A stretch of 60,588 bases of DNA, taken from NCBI RefSeq assembly GCF_016433145.1, contig NC_058134.1, positions 309,621,853 to 309,682,440 on the forward strand, read 5' to 3'. Source of the stretch: Gracilinanus agilis. Lineage: Eukaryota. Made by a program: the position numbers and the translations under genes. Positions 49,995 to 60,588 of this stretch are shown piece after piece. How positions within the stretch are numbered: position 1 is the first letter of the stretch; the number at the start of each line of letters is the position of its first letter. The notes beneath the pieces were generated by a model that was given only the letters and a program-made list of their open reading frames with translations, made no database searches and was not told the origin of the DNA.

Positions 49995-50337
49995 GTGAGT
50001 ATGCTGCCCCCCCCAGGCACCCTGAGCTAGAGATAAGATCTTGCTGGGTGCTGGCCTCCACTTCAGGCTGGGGTTCTCCTGATTATGCAAGGCCTTCTTA
50101 GGAAGACACCTGACTGGAGTATATATAGAAGCTGCAGCTTTGTAGTCTTAGTCGTGGCCCTGGGCATTGTCACAGGTGGGGAAGGGCAGAATGACCTGGG
50201 TAGAAGTGGGGTGACCCAGGTTGGCACTGGCCACAGGAGCCAAGTTTTGGACATGGAATCTCCAAGGAGAGATACCCTGTAGACATGCACAAGTGTCAGG
50301 ACCCTAAGCAGGGGGCATTACTGTCTTTTTCTTGCAG

Positions 50338-50504
50338 GCGATGGCAAGTGTGTGATCTGTGACTCCTATGTCCGTCCCTGCACACTGGTCCGGATATGTG
50401 ATGAGTGTAACTACGGCTCATACCAGGGCCGCTGTGTGATCTGTGGGGGCCCTGGAGTGTCTGATGCCTATTACTGCAAAGAGTGTACCATCCAGGAGAA
50501 AGAT
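50338..50504 (+). CDS. PHF5A: PHF5A exon 3
   Basis: [55 protein letters not shown]; 167 nt. Confidence 0.98.
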
Positions 50505-53251
50505 GTGAGTGCACTGCCATGGTTCCTCTCAACTGCCTTTTCACCTTTCCTTTAGTAATACCTAGCAGCTCCTATCTCTCGGCCTACATTCCAATTCTAG
50601 CCTCCCAGACACTGGGAGCTAAAGCTAAGGAGAGGCCCCTTATAAGCGATGGCGCCACACTTTGGAGAGTCTGCTGCAACCTTTGTGTAGTGGCTCATTC
50701 ACAAATAATGATACCAACCCAGGTTAGACAGATCATTGTAGCTTACCTGGCACCCTGTGGGCACAATGAATCGATAAGAAAGAGACCGGAATGGTATCTG
50801 CCAAGCTGGCTGTTACTTGAGAAGTCTTAGCATTTTTGCTCACCTCCCTCCCAGACACGGGGATGGGGCCAACGACCTACCCAGATGTGGATCAGGAGCA
50901 TAGGCTGATTTTTGCCTGTGACTTCCCATGTGAGACATCCCTTAAACACTGAAGGGAAGATAAAGGTTAGAGAGGACAAGACTCTTGGCCTAATGGAGCT
51001 CTAAAGTTAGGGAATTGGACAAGCACAGCTAACCAACTGTAATATACAGCATTAAATTATAAACACCCCAGAAAGCTGCAGAATAAAGATCCTGGGAGAT
51101 TCTAAAGGAGAAGGCTTGACCATTCCCAGTGTTGACCTGGCCGGCCTATGCCCCCAAACCACTTCCTTCATGAGACAATAGGTAAAAGAAACATTTGTGT
51201 GGTTTCCTTTTCCATAGAAAGCCCCCAGAGCTGTCCATGGTAGGGTCTGCAGGGCCTCAGGAACCTCTCTTGGCATGGCTGATTTCCCAGGAAAGCACAC
51301 ATCTGGCTAGGGGGCAGCAGAAGCACCGTAGCCCAGGCCGGCCCCCTCTTGGCTCCCTCCAGCTGTTTTTAGCTAAAAGGGAAAAGTACCTGGCAAGGTT
51401 GGAGAATATGTCACAGAGAATTAACTGTCCCTTTATGCTCATTCATGGGATCTAGGAAGAGAAATCCTCAAAGATGATTTCAATCATTTTTCCCTTCTCA
51501 CAGTCAGCAAATAGCAAGCCCTTTAAGCTCCCTCAGCCTTCTCCCTCGTTTGCTTGCTTTCTACCTACCTTTGATTTTGTGCGGTACTAATTAACACTTT
51601 AGCTTTGGCTGTGCTGATTTTGCTCATTGAGAGGAAGGACCTCAACTTCACCCTCTAGATGGTGCCAATCCCTCAAACTCTCCCATAGAGATCCCTGTCC
51701 TCTCCACCCCATGTCCTCAGGCCAGTCAGGTTCTTACTAGTTTTATGTTCTGGACTCCAGTTTCCCCAGAGCTTTTCTCCTACATTATAACATGGTTCCT
51801 AGGGCTCTTGTTGCCACCTTGCTTTCACCAAATCGTATCTGGTGGGGTCTCTCTACCGGGAGCAGCTCAGTCAGTGTTTGGGATCTGTTAATTCCATTCA
51901 TCAACTCATTTTACAAGCAACCAGTCCAAATCATCCTCAGACCAGATTCCTAGGCCCTGGCAATGTTTGGTTTTGCTGCTTCTGCGATGGCTCCCCATTG
52001 TGATTTGAAGCTTGCTCATTGTCTTGGCAGTGTTGGGAGTCTGACCTGGGGCATGTACAAGGCTCCCCAAGGTTCACATGCCAGGCTGGGCTCTGCTACC
52101 TCATGCTACTTTTCTCTCAGTGAATGGAATGGTTGGTTTTGGCTCACAGTGCATCCAGTAGGCCCTTGCTCCCTTGTCTACTGCTGGTCTGATTCCTCCT
52201 CCCTTTGCCCCTAATTGGATGGCCAGGTTTCCTCCACAAAATGAGCCACGCAATCATGAATTCCCTTGGCCAGTCTGATAACATTTGCCCCTCCTTGCCT
52301 GCTGCCCAGGACCTCTTCCAGAAGGAAAATCCAAAGGCTGTTGGTTCTCCTCGAGACCCCCTAGCAGTGGCTGAGGAAGCCAGCAGACTTTCTAGCTCAC
52401 GGCTTTTTAATGACTTGAGAAAACAGAAATCAAGCTAACGTCACATTTATGGCCATGGCAGTAACAGGAAGGCCTCCCTGTCCTCTTGTCTCTTACCTCC
52501 CTCCTTTCCAAATGCAGCACCATCCCCTTTCCTCCATGCATATACTGAACCGAGATGCCCAAGCTCCCCAGCTGTGCCAGTAGGTTTCTATTTAGGCCCT
52601 CACACACCTGTATGTTGAATACACCCTGACTGAGCAAGGCCGTCTGACACCCCTTAGTGCCCATTTCAACCCCCTTCTCCCCTTAGTCATTGACACCATG
52701 TGCTCCTGCTTCCCCTCAGCAGAAGACAAAGATTCAATAGGCACTTGATCCTCCAGATCTCTTGCCAGCATCCCCCTGGGCCCTCCTCCTTTGCTCTAGT
52801 CAAAGAGGAGGTGGAGGTAGACCTTCCTGGAGGGGCCAGCCTCCCTCTCTCTCATCCTTGTTGCCTTGATCCCATCCATCCTGCCCCTTCTGGCCATCAG
52901 ATATGGCCACATGTTGGGGAGGTTTGGCAAAGCTGGCTTGGTTACCAGAGATAGAGGGACAGCACTATCCATCTGGGAGGGAGATGGGATCTAGTCATAG
53001 GGTCACCTTGGGGATCAGCATATCAACTTTTCTTATTTGAAATATGAGAAAACTTAGTTGGGGGAGAGGCCAAGGGAGCCCAGGACATAATAATCCCAAA
53101 GAGTCTGTCAGGATTCACACCCAGGGCATTCTGCCCATCCAATCCAGCCCTCCATTCTGGTGCATTGTCTTATTTGCAAATGAAAGTGATGTCAAAAACA
53201 AAAGTAACACTAAATGAAAGGTTTTTCTAAAAGTGGAGCCAGTTGGCAGTG

Positions 53252-53482
53252 GGCATCTAGGTGGCACAGTAAATAGAACACTGGCCCTGGAGCCAGGAAG
53301 ACTCAAGTTCAGATTCAGCCTCAGATGTTCACTAGCTGGGTGACCCTGGGCAAGTCACTTCACCTTGTTTGCCTCAGTCTCCTCATCTGTCAAATGAGCA
53401 GGAGAAGGAGATGGCAATCTACTCCAGGATCTTTGTTGAGAAAATCCCCAGTGGGGTTATGGAGAGTTAGGCAGGACTAATC
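53252..53482 (+). mobile_element. MAR1-like CORE-SINE with RTE-derived tail
   Basis: ggcatctaggtggcacagt head; CORE; ggagaaggagatggcaatctactccaggatcttt...gaaaatcccca tail. Confidence 0.75.
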
Positions 53483-55458
53483 TATTCAATCAAAAACTCC
53501 AGTAGACCACTGTGTGGCAGAGGTTGGATGTTGGGAAATTTAGGAGGTTGCAGCCGGCAGGACATGGACTCACCTGGGATTTCATTGGGGCAAGGAAGTC
53601 CTGGGTGCAGAAACTCACTCTGCCAATGGTGAATGGTGTCTCTCTGCAAGTCCGAGTTTGAATTTCTCAGGGTGCCCCAAGGTTCAGTGACTGGCCTAAG
53701 GTACTAGTGACTTAGCCTGTATTTTTCAAGAAAAGGACTTGACTACAGAGGTATTGTTTGTTAGACGGAGGTTAGCAGGCTCTTGGGTGTTCTGGCTTCT
53801 GATTCAGGCATTGAGGTGGGTCCCTGACCGCCCATGGTCATTAAAAGTCCCTTGATCCTGTGTTCCAGGAAAGAGGTCATGACCTATTTAAGTTCATTCT
53901 GTTAGAACTTCGGACTTCCTTTCTTCTCTCCCTTGAGAAAGGGGATCCCATTTAGCTGCTTCTGCTAAAGGAATGAATCTGATCCTGGTGTAGCAAAAAG
54001 GGCCTGGGATTGAGGCCTCGCTCTGTGGTGTGACCTTGAGCAGGTCACTTCCTTCTTGGGGCCATAGCTTCCTCCTCTAGGAAATAAGGAAGTTGGACCA
54101 ACTGAGCTCTCAGATTTCTTCCAACACTAAGTGCTATGATGCCATGAAACCTGACTCCTGCCAAAGGCCTAGCTCTTGGGAAGGCTTGGGCAGAGCACTT
54201 CCTACAACAGACAGAGGAGCTCAGCTCTTTTTCAGCCAATGCTCAGGAAAACCTGGATTAGGAAACCCTGGCCTGGCCCTTATTTTGGTGGGTGATAGAG
54301 CCAGGAGATGATCTCAGGTGTTGTTCAGTGCTGATCCTAAGCTAAGCCTCCTTTCCAAGAGGGGCCTGGGCTAGAAATGGAACGGAGGCCCAGGTTCTCT
54401 CACGTGATGGTGATAGGGCGGGATATGAGCTAGAGGAGGAAGGTTTGAGAATTCCAGCATCCTTGATCCTAAAATGGCAGCTCCCCCAAGGCAGGGCAGG
54501 ACATCCCCCAGGTGTCCGGTTCTTGGAGCCTTAGAGGAACCCTAGAGTGGGGCCTTCATGGCTTCTGAAGTCAGTGGGAGAGACAAGCCCTCTGGAGCAT
54601 TGAGGAGCCTCCCCACAGCCACTGTGTTTATCTGGAGGCCACCCTCTGACTGAGGGAGAGGCAACTGGAACTAGACTCCAACTCTCTGGATGGGCTCTTT
54701 CTACAAGGACAGTTCTCGGCATGGTGCAGTTTATCACAACCCAACCGTGAGAGAGCAGAAATCCCTGGAGCTGCTTTGCCTTTGCAGAGGGAAGATGACT
54801 GTGCAGAGAGAGAAAAGGAGCTTTTGTGTAGCTCTTGGACCCTGGAAGAAGGTTGAGGGAGAAACAGCTGCTCAGCCTTTAGGGCCTGCCAGAGCCTGAC
54901 CTCTGCCCCTGTGGTGGAGCCTTTAACAAACAGAGGCTCCAGGATGGTGCTTCCCTGGGTTCTTTTCTGCCTGGCATCCCAGAGCAGCCAGCATTGGCCA
55001 CAGCTTGAATGCACAGCTCTCCTGATGGTTCCTTGGGTCTCTCCAGGAACTAGGGGCTAGTATGCAGCCTAGGGACCAACCCTATTCCCACCACAAGGGC
55101 CTGGAAGTCAGCTACAGTGGGACACTGTCAGGGGCTGCTGGCATTGTGTCTAGGAGCTGTCCCATAAGGGGCACACACAGGAAATCGGTAATTGCCACAA
55201 GATCATGGAATCTTTGTCATGGCCCCCAACTGGCTTGTTTTTCTTTCCTCCCCATCCAATGTCACAGTTGCCTTGGAGGCTTCTGGGTTGAAGGGGCTGT
55301 AGAAGCAGCCCATTCAGCTCTCTTCTGGATGAGTGGTGATGGCGGGGTGTTCTTTCTGTCCTCAAGTGGGTAGGGAGTTCCTGACCACTAAGAGTTTTTA
55401 GGTGGTAGCTGGCTGGCCACATTGGGGAGTTTTTGCAGAGGGGCCAGTTGGCCTAGAT

Positions 55459-55510
55459 CAGTGATTCTCAAATTATGGCCCAGGGACCACATGACCCTTT
55501 CAGGGGGTCT
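55459..55510 (+). mobile_element. hAT-Charlie terminal fragment
   Basis: Begins CAGTGATTCTCAAA after gcctagat (resembles the Charlie target NTCTAGAN); gaccctttcagggggtc motif. Confidence 0.5.
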
Positions 55511-55629
55511 TTCCATTTCTTTTCCTTTCCAGCTGTGGTGGTATAAGACCTGGGCACCATGCCCTGCGACATGGGTTCAGATTTATAGGCTCTGCCTTTA
55601 ACTTTGCCTGCTTTCCATTGTCTTGCCAG

Positions 55630-55719
55630 CGAGATGGTTGTCCAAAGATTGTCAACCTGGGGAGCTCCAAGACTGACCTCTTCTATGAACGAAAGAAGTA
55701 TGGCTTTAAGAAGAGGTGA
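55630..55719 (+). CDS. PHF5A: PHF5A exon 4 CDS
   Basis: ttgccag|[32 protein letters not shown]; total 333 nt = 110 aa. Confidence 0.98.
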
Positions 55720-56095
55720 TTGGCTTGACCCTTCTTGCCCCACCACCACTCTGCTGCCCCTCTTGGAGAAGACATTTTCACTACCCTCCCCACCACCACA
55801 CTTCGCCCCTCGCCCAGAAATGTGGCAGAGGCAAAACCGGATCCTGCCTAGAGATGGATGGCATCAGGGAACTACCAGTAGGGCTCTGAGCTGGACCTTT
55901 TCTTACAGAAGGGAAGCTGGGGTGCTATCCCTGCCCCCGTTGAAGTGGTGTCTCTTTAGTCTAGCACCACCATCACCACCACCAAGAGTGAGGAATGGCT
56001 TCTAGCATGGGGGGGGGGTCCTTACTTTCCCCTTTTCCCCCCCATCTCCTGTCAAAGGAGGCCTGGAGGTCCTCTCTGTAGCTGTAGTGTGTGTT

Positions 56096-56101
56096 AATAA
56101 A
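56096..56101 (+). terminator. PHF5A: PHF5A polyadenylation signal AATAAA
   Basis: Canonical hexamer 377 nt after the stop, with T-rich sequence downstream. Confidence 0.8.
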
Positions 56102-56329
56102 GTTGGGGTTTATTTTCTACCCTCAGTCTTCAGCCCCTTGATGGATGGATGGCTCTCAGGGAGGAGGGGGGGAAAGGCAAATGGGCCCTAGGCATTTCAC
56201 AGCTCCAGAGAGGACTTTGATATGTAAGAGCCTGTCATTTCTCCACTCAGCTGGAAGGCCTTGGCCCACTCCTGTGTGTGCAGCTCTTGGTTACAAACAG
56301 GTATATTAGTATTTAAGAAGGAAATGTAG

Positions 56330-56546
56330 GCCGGGCTGCTGGGTGGCTCAGTGGATTGAGAGCCAGGCCTAGAGACAGGAGGTCCTGGGTTCAAATCTGG
56401 CCTCAGCCACTTCCCAGCTGGGTGACCCTGGGCAAGTCACTTGACCCCCAGTGCCTACCCTTACCGCTCTTCTGCCTTGGAGCCAATGCACAGTACTGAC
56501 TCCAAGACAATGGAAGGTGAGGGTTTAAAAAAGCTAATGATAGAAA
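56330..56546 (+). mobile_element. Full-length SINE1_Mdo-like tRNA-derived SINE with perfect 15-bp TSD
   Basis: A/B-box head (ggtggctcagtgg...ggttcaaat), core, gggtttaaaaaa tail; TSD AAGAAGGAAATGTAG at 56315-56329 and 56547-56561. Confidence 0.92.
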
Positions 56547-58699
56547 AAGAAGGAAATGTAGAATGAACCCCCCCAGGTCCTCCAGTAACCAATGGCCTCC
56601 TTGCATGCTTTCTGGTTTCACTTTGAAGGCCTTTCCCTGAAGATGAGGGACAGGAAGACTGAAATCTGATTCAGCGATATATATCAGGAAGAGATTTTCC
56701 TGGCTTTTGGTTTGCTTGCAATTACTTGAGAACATGCTCACAGCTGGGGGATTAGGCCATTGAAGTTTCCTTTGGAGACGGTAAATAACGTCCCATTTTA
56801 CAGGTTAGAAAAGGGGGGCCAGTATGAAGTAGACCAGGTCCTTCACACTTTCCTTTCACAAGCTGCCTCCTTAAGTCGCAAGACTTGCCCCTTTATGTGG
56901 CTGGACTCTACCTGGGCATTTCCTCTAGTTTCTTCTGCTTTTCTCACCGACTTCTTCCTAGCCTCTTTGCCCAGTTCTCCACCATCTTTAATTTGCCATT
57001 GCCTGCAAGATAGTGCCTTGGTGGCAGGCTCCTACTCCCGTATCTGCCCATCGCAGGGCAGCCTTTTTGGACTTGAGGTAGCTGGCCAGTGGTCAAACCT
57101 AGCAGGACAAAAAGCCAGACTGTTGTTATTCCCCCCCCCTCCCCATTTTGGATAATCGTGTTACTTTCCTTCATCAGCGACCCCAAAGCCACTGGAATTG
57201 GGGAGGGAGTTAAGAGCTCCAGGCTGGGCAACGAAGGGAGTCATTCTAAAGTAGGAATGGGAACGCTACCCAGCAGTGCTGGTGTCTAGGATTTGCAGAG
57301 ATCTACAGGAGACACAGTTGACAGAGAAACCCTGGAGTGAGGCGGTTAGAGGGTGAGAACTCTCCAGGTTTGCATGGCTAAAAAATCAGATGGAGCAGAA
57401 ATGCACAAGATCAAAGGATTCCAAACTAGAGAAGACGGTGATGACCATTTATCTGGTCCGACCGCCTTAGTTTACAGTTCACAAACTTGAGGCCCAGAGA
57501 AAGGAAGTGGCTCAATTGATTTTAAGCTAAACACTAATGTTGTAATGCAAGGTTTTAACTTGGGGCAGATGAGGCGTGATTCCCCTGCTCAGTAAACATC
57601 AATGGCTCCCTCTTCCTCTAGGATAAAATAAAGCTCCTCTCTAGCTTTTCAGTCTAGCTGCAGATAGTCTGTGTCCCACAGGGACCAGTTTCTGGGTTTT
57701 GTCCCTCTTCCTGTGGAAGAATGATTAGATTTCATGTACTTGGTCCCAGAGGCTGAACCAGAAGCAAAGGGAGGCCACTTGAATGTTGGTGCAGGGACAA
57801 ATCCAGTGTGGAAGTGGCTTGTCCCTCCCTGGTCACCTACCACCAGGCTAGTTGTTTCCAGCCCTCCACTCCCGCTCATGCTGCCCTGTCTGAAAAAACA
57901 GAAACCTTTTCTCTGTACCAAGACAACCCAGGCAGTGTTGTACAGTGGGCAGAGGACTTCCTGGCCTTGGAGACCCAGGACTTGGGTTCAGATCCTTCTT
58001 TTGATGATGTGTGAATCACAGAACTTCAGATGGTTTGTCAAATGATTGGAGCTGGACTAATCCGTCATTCATCTCTAATCTTAGAGTTTCCTTTGAAGGC
58101 CAATTTTAGATATCTTGAAGGAAGGCTCCCAGGCCCAGCCATTAGCTGTGGAGTCGGGCTGGGTCCAAGTCCTGCCAGTAGGCTTGGGAGACCTGGGACT
58201 TCCCTGAGCCTCTGGGTCCTCCTCTATAAAATGTCCTGGCCCAGGAGCGGTGCTAATTACTTTTACAAATGTCTCCTTTGATCCTTGCAACTATCCAAAT
58301 CTTGTTCTACCTATTTTACAGCTGAGATTAAGTGACTTGCCCAGGGACACACAGCTAAGAAGTGTCCAAGGCTGAACTTGAATTCAAGACTTCCTGACTT
58401 CAGGTCCAGGGCTGTGAGCTGTGCTACCAACTGCCCTGGCCCTGGAGGCATCCCCACTCCCAGGCACACCAGTGGCTCCTTTGTTCCCTTTGCGCCCAGC
58501 GGGGCTTCACAGGGAAGAATTGGAGGAGAAAGGAGCCAGGCCTCCTCTATGATCACTTCAAAGGGCCCCCGGGGCATTTGTCACCAGCCTGAGAAAGCAG
58601 CCATCTGCCAGGATAAGGGGGGAAAGGGGGAGGCCCTTTAGTGGCCGACTGTGAATTAGCCAAAGGGGGTAAGCAGGATGCGTAGGGGAGGTGCGGAAG

Positions 58700-60588
58700 G
58701 GCTTAGCAGTCACTACTGCCCTACTCGGTGGCCTGGCCGGAGCATGGATGAAGTTTCGGGCTCGGCCTGGTCTCTCGGGGCAGCACACTAGGCTGTTGGA
58801 GGGACCAGACAGGAGTCCTGGGTAGGCCCGGAGGAGATCGCCCAAGAGAGGAGAGCCGAAGGACCGGCTTGTCCTCAGAAGCGACTGGGCTCGTTGCTGA
58901 AATGTATGTGCGGAGGCAGTGGACAAGCCGGCAGACGTCTTCGGGCGAAGGGTGGTTAAGTGGCCCGACTGAGCTCCCATGGCTCGTAAGTGTCTGAGGC
59001 TGGATTTGAACTCAGCTCCTCTTGACTCCAAGCCCAGGGCTCCAGTCGCTGCCTTCCCAGCTGTAATAACTCTAGAAAACGACTACAAGTAGAATGTGGG
59101 GAAAGAGTGGGAAATCCCCCTTTACGCCGTACAGCGATCCTCCATCCGGCTCTTTCCCACTCGGAGGTTCAAGCAATTCGGTGAAAATTCCGGGGCCGCA
59201 GGACCCCAGGCTCAAATCCCACCTCTGCCCGTGGCCTGGGGCAAGTCACTTCAGTAAAATAGGGGCGGGACCAGATCAGCCGCTCTCCGGCGTCCCTCCC
59301 AACATCTGGAGGTAGGACTGGATGGACTTCAAGTTCTCAGCTGGTCCCGGGCGGCTCAAATCCTTCCAATTAACCAACTGGAAAGGCTTGTCGAGTGACC
59401 CCAAGTTATAAATCCCAGTTGCTGCTTGGGTCCAAACACTTTTCCTTCAATAAATACGGCTCTTGGGTTTGGGCATTGTCTATGATTTCCTTCCGCTAAG
59501 GGATTTGTACTCGGATAAATTTTTTACCCCGCCGCAGGTGCCACTTGGCTAGAGATTTAAAAAAAAAAAAAAAAAAAGAGTAAGTGCTAACTACAACTCC
59601 CAGAATTCCCTGATTTACACTGGTAATCCGACTGGCTCGCTTCACGCGATCCCCCCACCCCACAGCTTCGGTCTTCCTCATTCCTATTGGTTAGTTTCGA
59701 AGACCAATCAGACGCTGCCAGTCTTGCTTGCTGACCAATGGGAAGGCTGTTGCCAACGTCGCTTATATTTTTAGCTCGGCTCTGCTCTTGCACCTAGCAG
59801 GTCTGTTAAAGCCGCTGTGGATGTGGAACGGGGAGGAGGGAAAGGGGAGAAAGGGGAGGAAATGAGGGAGAAGAAGAGAAAGAGAGGGAGGGAGGAGTAG
59901 AGTAGGAAAAGAGGAGCGGGCGAGAAAAGGGAAGGGAGGGAGGAGGGGAGCAGGGGACTCAAGGTAGACAGGGAAAGAATTAGGGAAGAGAAGAGGAAGG
60001 GCAGGAGATCATGGAGGAAGAGTAGACAGGCAATTACGGAGAAGGAAGAGGGGTGTGTTTGACCCCCGCTCCCACTCGTTGGTACGCACAAGGAAAGTAA
60101 TTCGTGAAGGCGCCCTCCTGCCCTGGGCCCGCCTCACCCGGCTGAGCTTTGGCAAGAACTGGAGTTGGGGGCTGAGAGACAGGTGGCCGCACCCCACCCA
60201 GCGTTTTGGCCGCAGCTACGGAGGGGAGACCGGGTCTTTTTGGTCCCCCCGTCCCCCGACCAAGAAGGCGGCAACGTGTTCAAGAGAAAATAAAGGCAAT
60301 TACTAAGCCCAAACTTGTCCCGACCTGAGAACTAGTGGCTAGCCCTGTCTCCCACATACCGGTGGGACGGGTGGGCTGACGGGCCGGCGTCCCAGGCGGG
60401 GGACGCACGCGCACGAGTCCGCTTGCTCCCCTCTCGCAGGGAGGGAGGACCGAGGCGGGCGAAGGGGAGGGGGCGCGGGCGCACGTGTCCTGGAGCAGCA
60501 TGCCTGGAGCCCCGGGAGGCGGTGCCACGAGACACCTGACCAATCCGCGGTGGCGTCACAACCGAGCCCCTGCCCCCTCCCCCCGCGG
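58700..60588. promoter_or_regulatory. CpG island; probable TOB2 promoter region
   Basis: CpG-dense; ZNF143 motif 59589-59610; three CCAAT boxes 59686-59739; E-box 60482-60487; CCAAT 60540-60544; CRE-like TGGCGTCA 60551-60558. TOB2 is inferred from synteny only. Confidence 0.55.
59830..60053 (+). repeat. Polypurine (GA-rich) low-complexity tract
   Basis: About 220 nt almost entirely A/G on the + strand. Confidence 0.85.

Noticed and set aside
49110-50090. 326-aa minus-strand ORF across the PHF5A 5' region
   Set aside because: CpG-island chance ORF, antisense to PHF5A exons 1-2, no domain
54031-54039. Perfect ERR element TGACCTTGA (also 2484-2492)
   Set aside because: Both lie in the MIR/CORE consensus gtgaccttgagcaagtcac, so they are repeat-derived and uninformative without binding data

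Overview
Eukaryotic (marsupial) genomic DNA. SINE1_Mdo-like and MAR1-like SINEs point to a didelphid opossum. The window matches the conserved mammalian TOB2-PHF5A-ACO2-POLR3H-CSDC2 block in reverse order. Three complete protein-coding genes could be assembled exon by exon, with all phases consistent: POLR3H (+, 6 coding exons, 204 aa), ACO2 (-, 18 exons, 782 aa, 18.9 kb intron 1) and PHF5A (+, 4 exons, 110 aa). ACO2 and PHF5A are head-to-head and POLR3H and ACO2 are tail-to-tail. CpG islands at about 3.5-5.5 kb and 58.7-60.6 kb are probably the CSDC2 and TOB2 promoters; this is a synteny inference only, as neither CDS is in the window. Most supplied ORFs are GC-rich chance ORFs. Notable signals: an iron-responsive element overlapping the ACO2 start codon; a U12 (minor spliceosome) intron in POLR3H; a GC-AG intron in ACO2; three ACO2 introns of exactly 105 nt, one of them in-frame and stop-free; a CpG-rich sense-oriented solo LTR 577 bp upstream of ACO2 exon 2; a hAT MITE; young SINEs with clean TSDs; an intragenic CpG island; and several nuclear-receptor, YY1, NRF1, SRF and ZNF143 motif clusters. 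I found no convincing wholly new gene system. The novel candidates are regulatory or splicing hypotheses.
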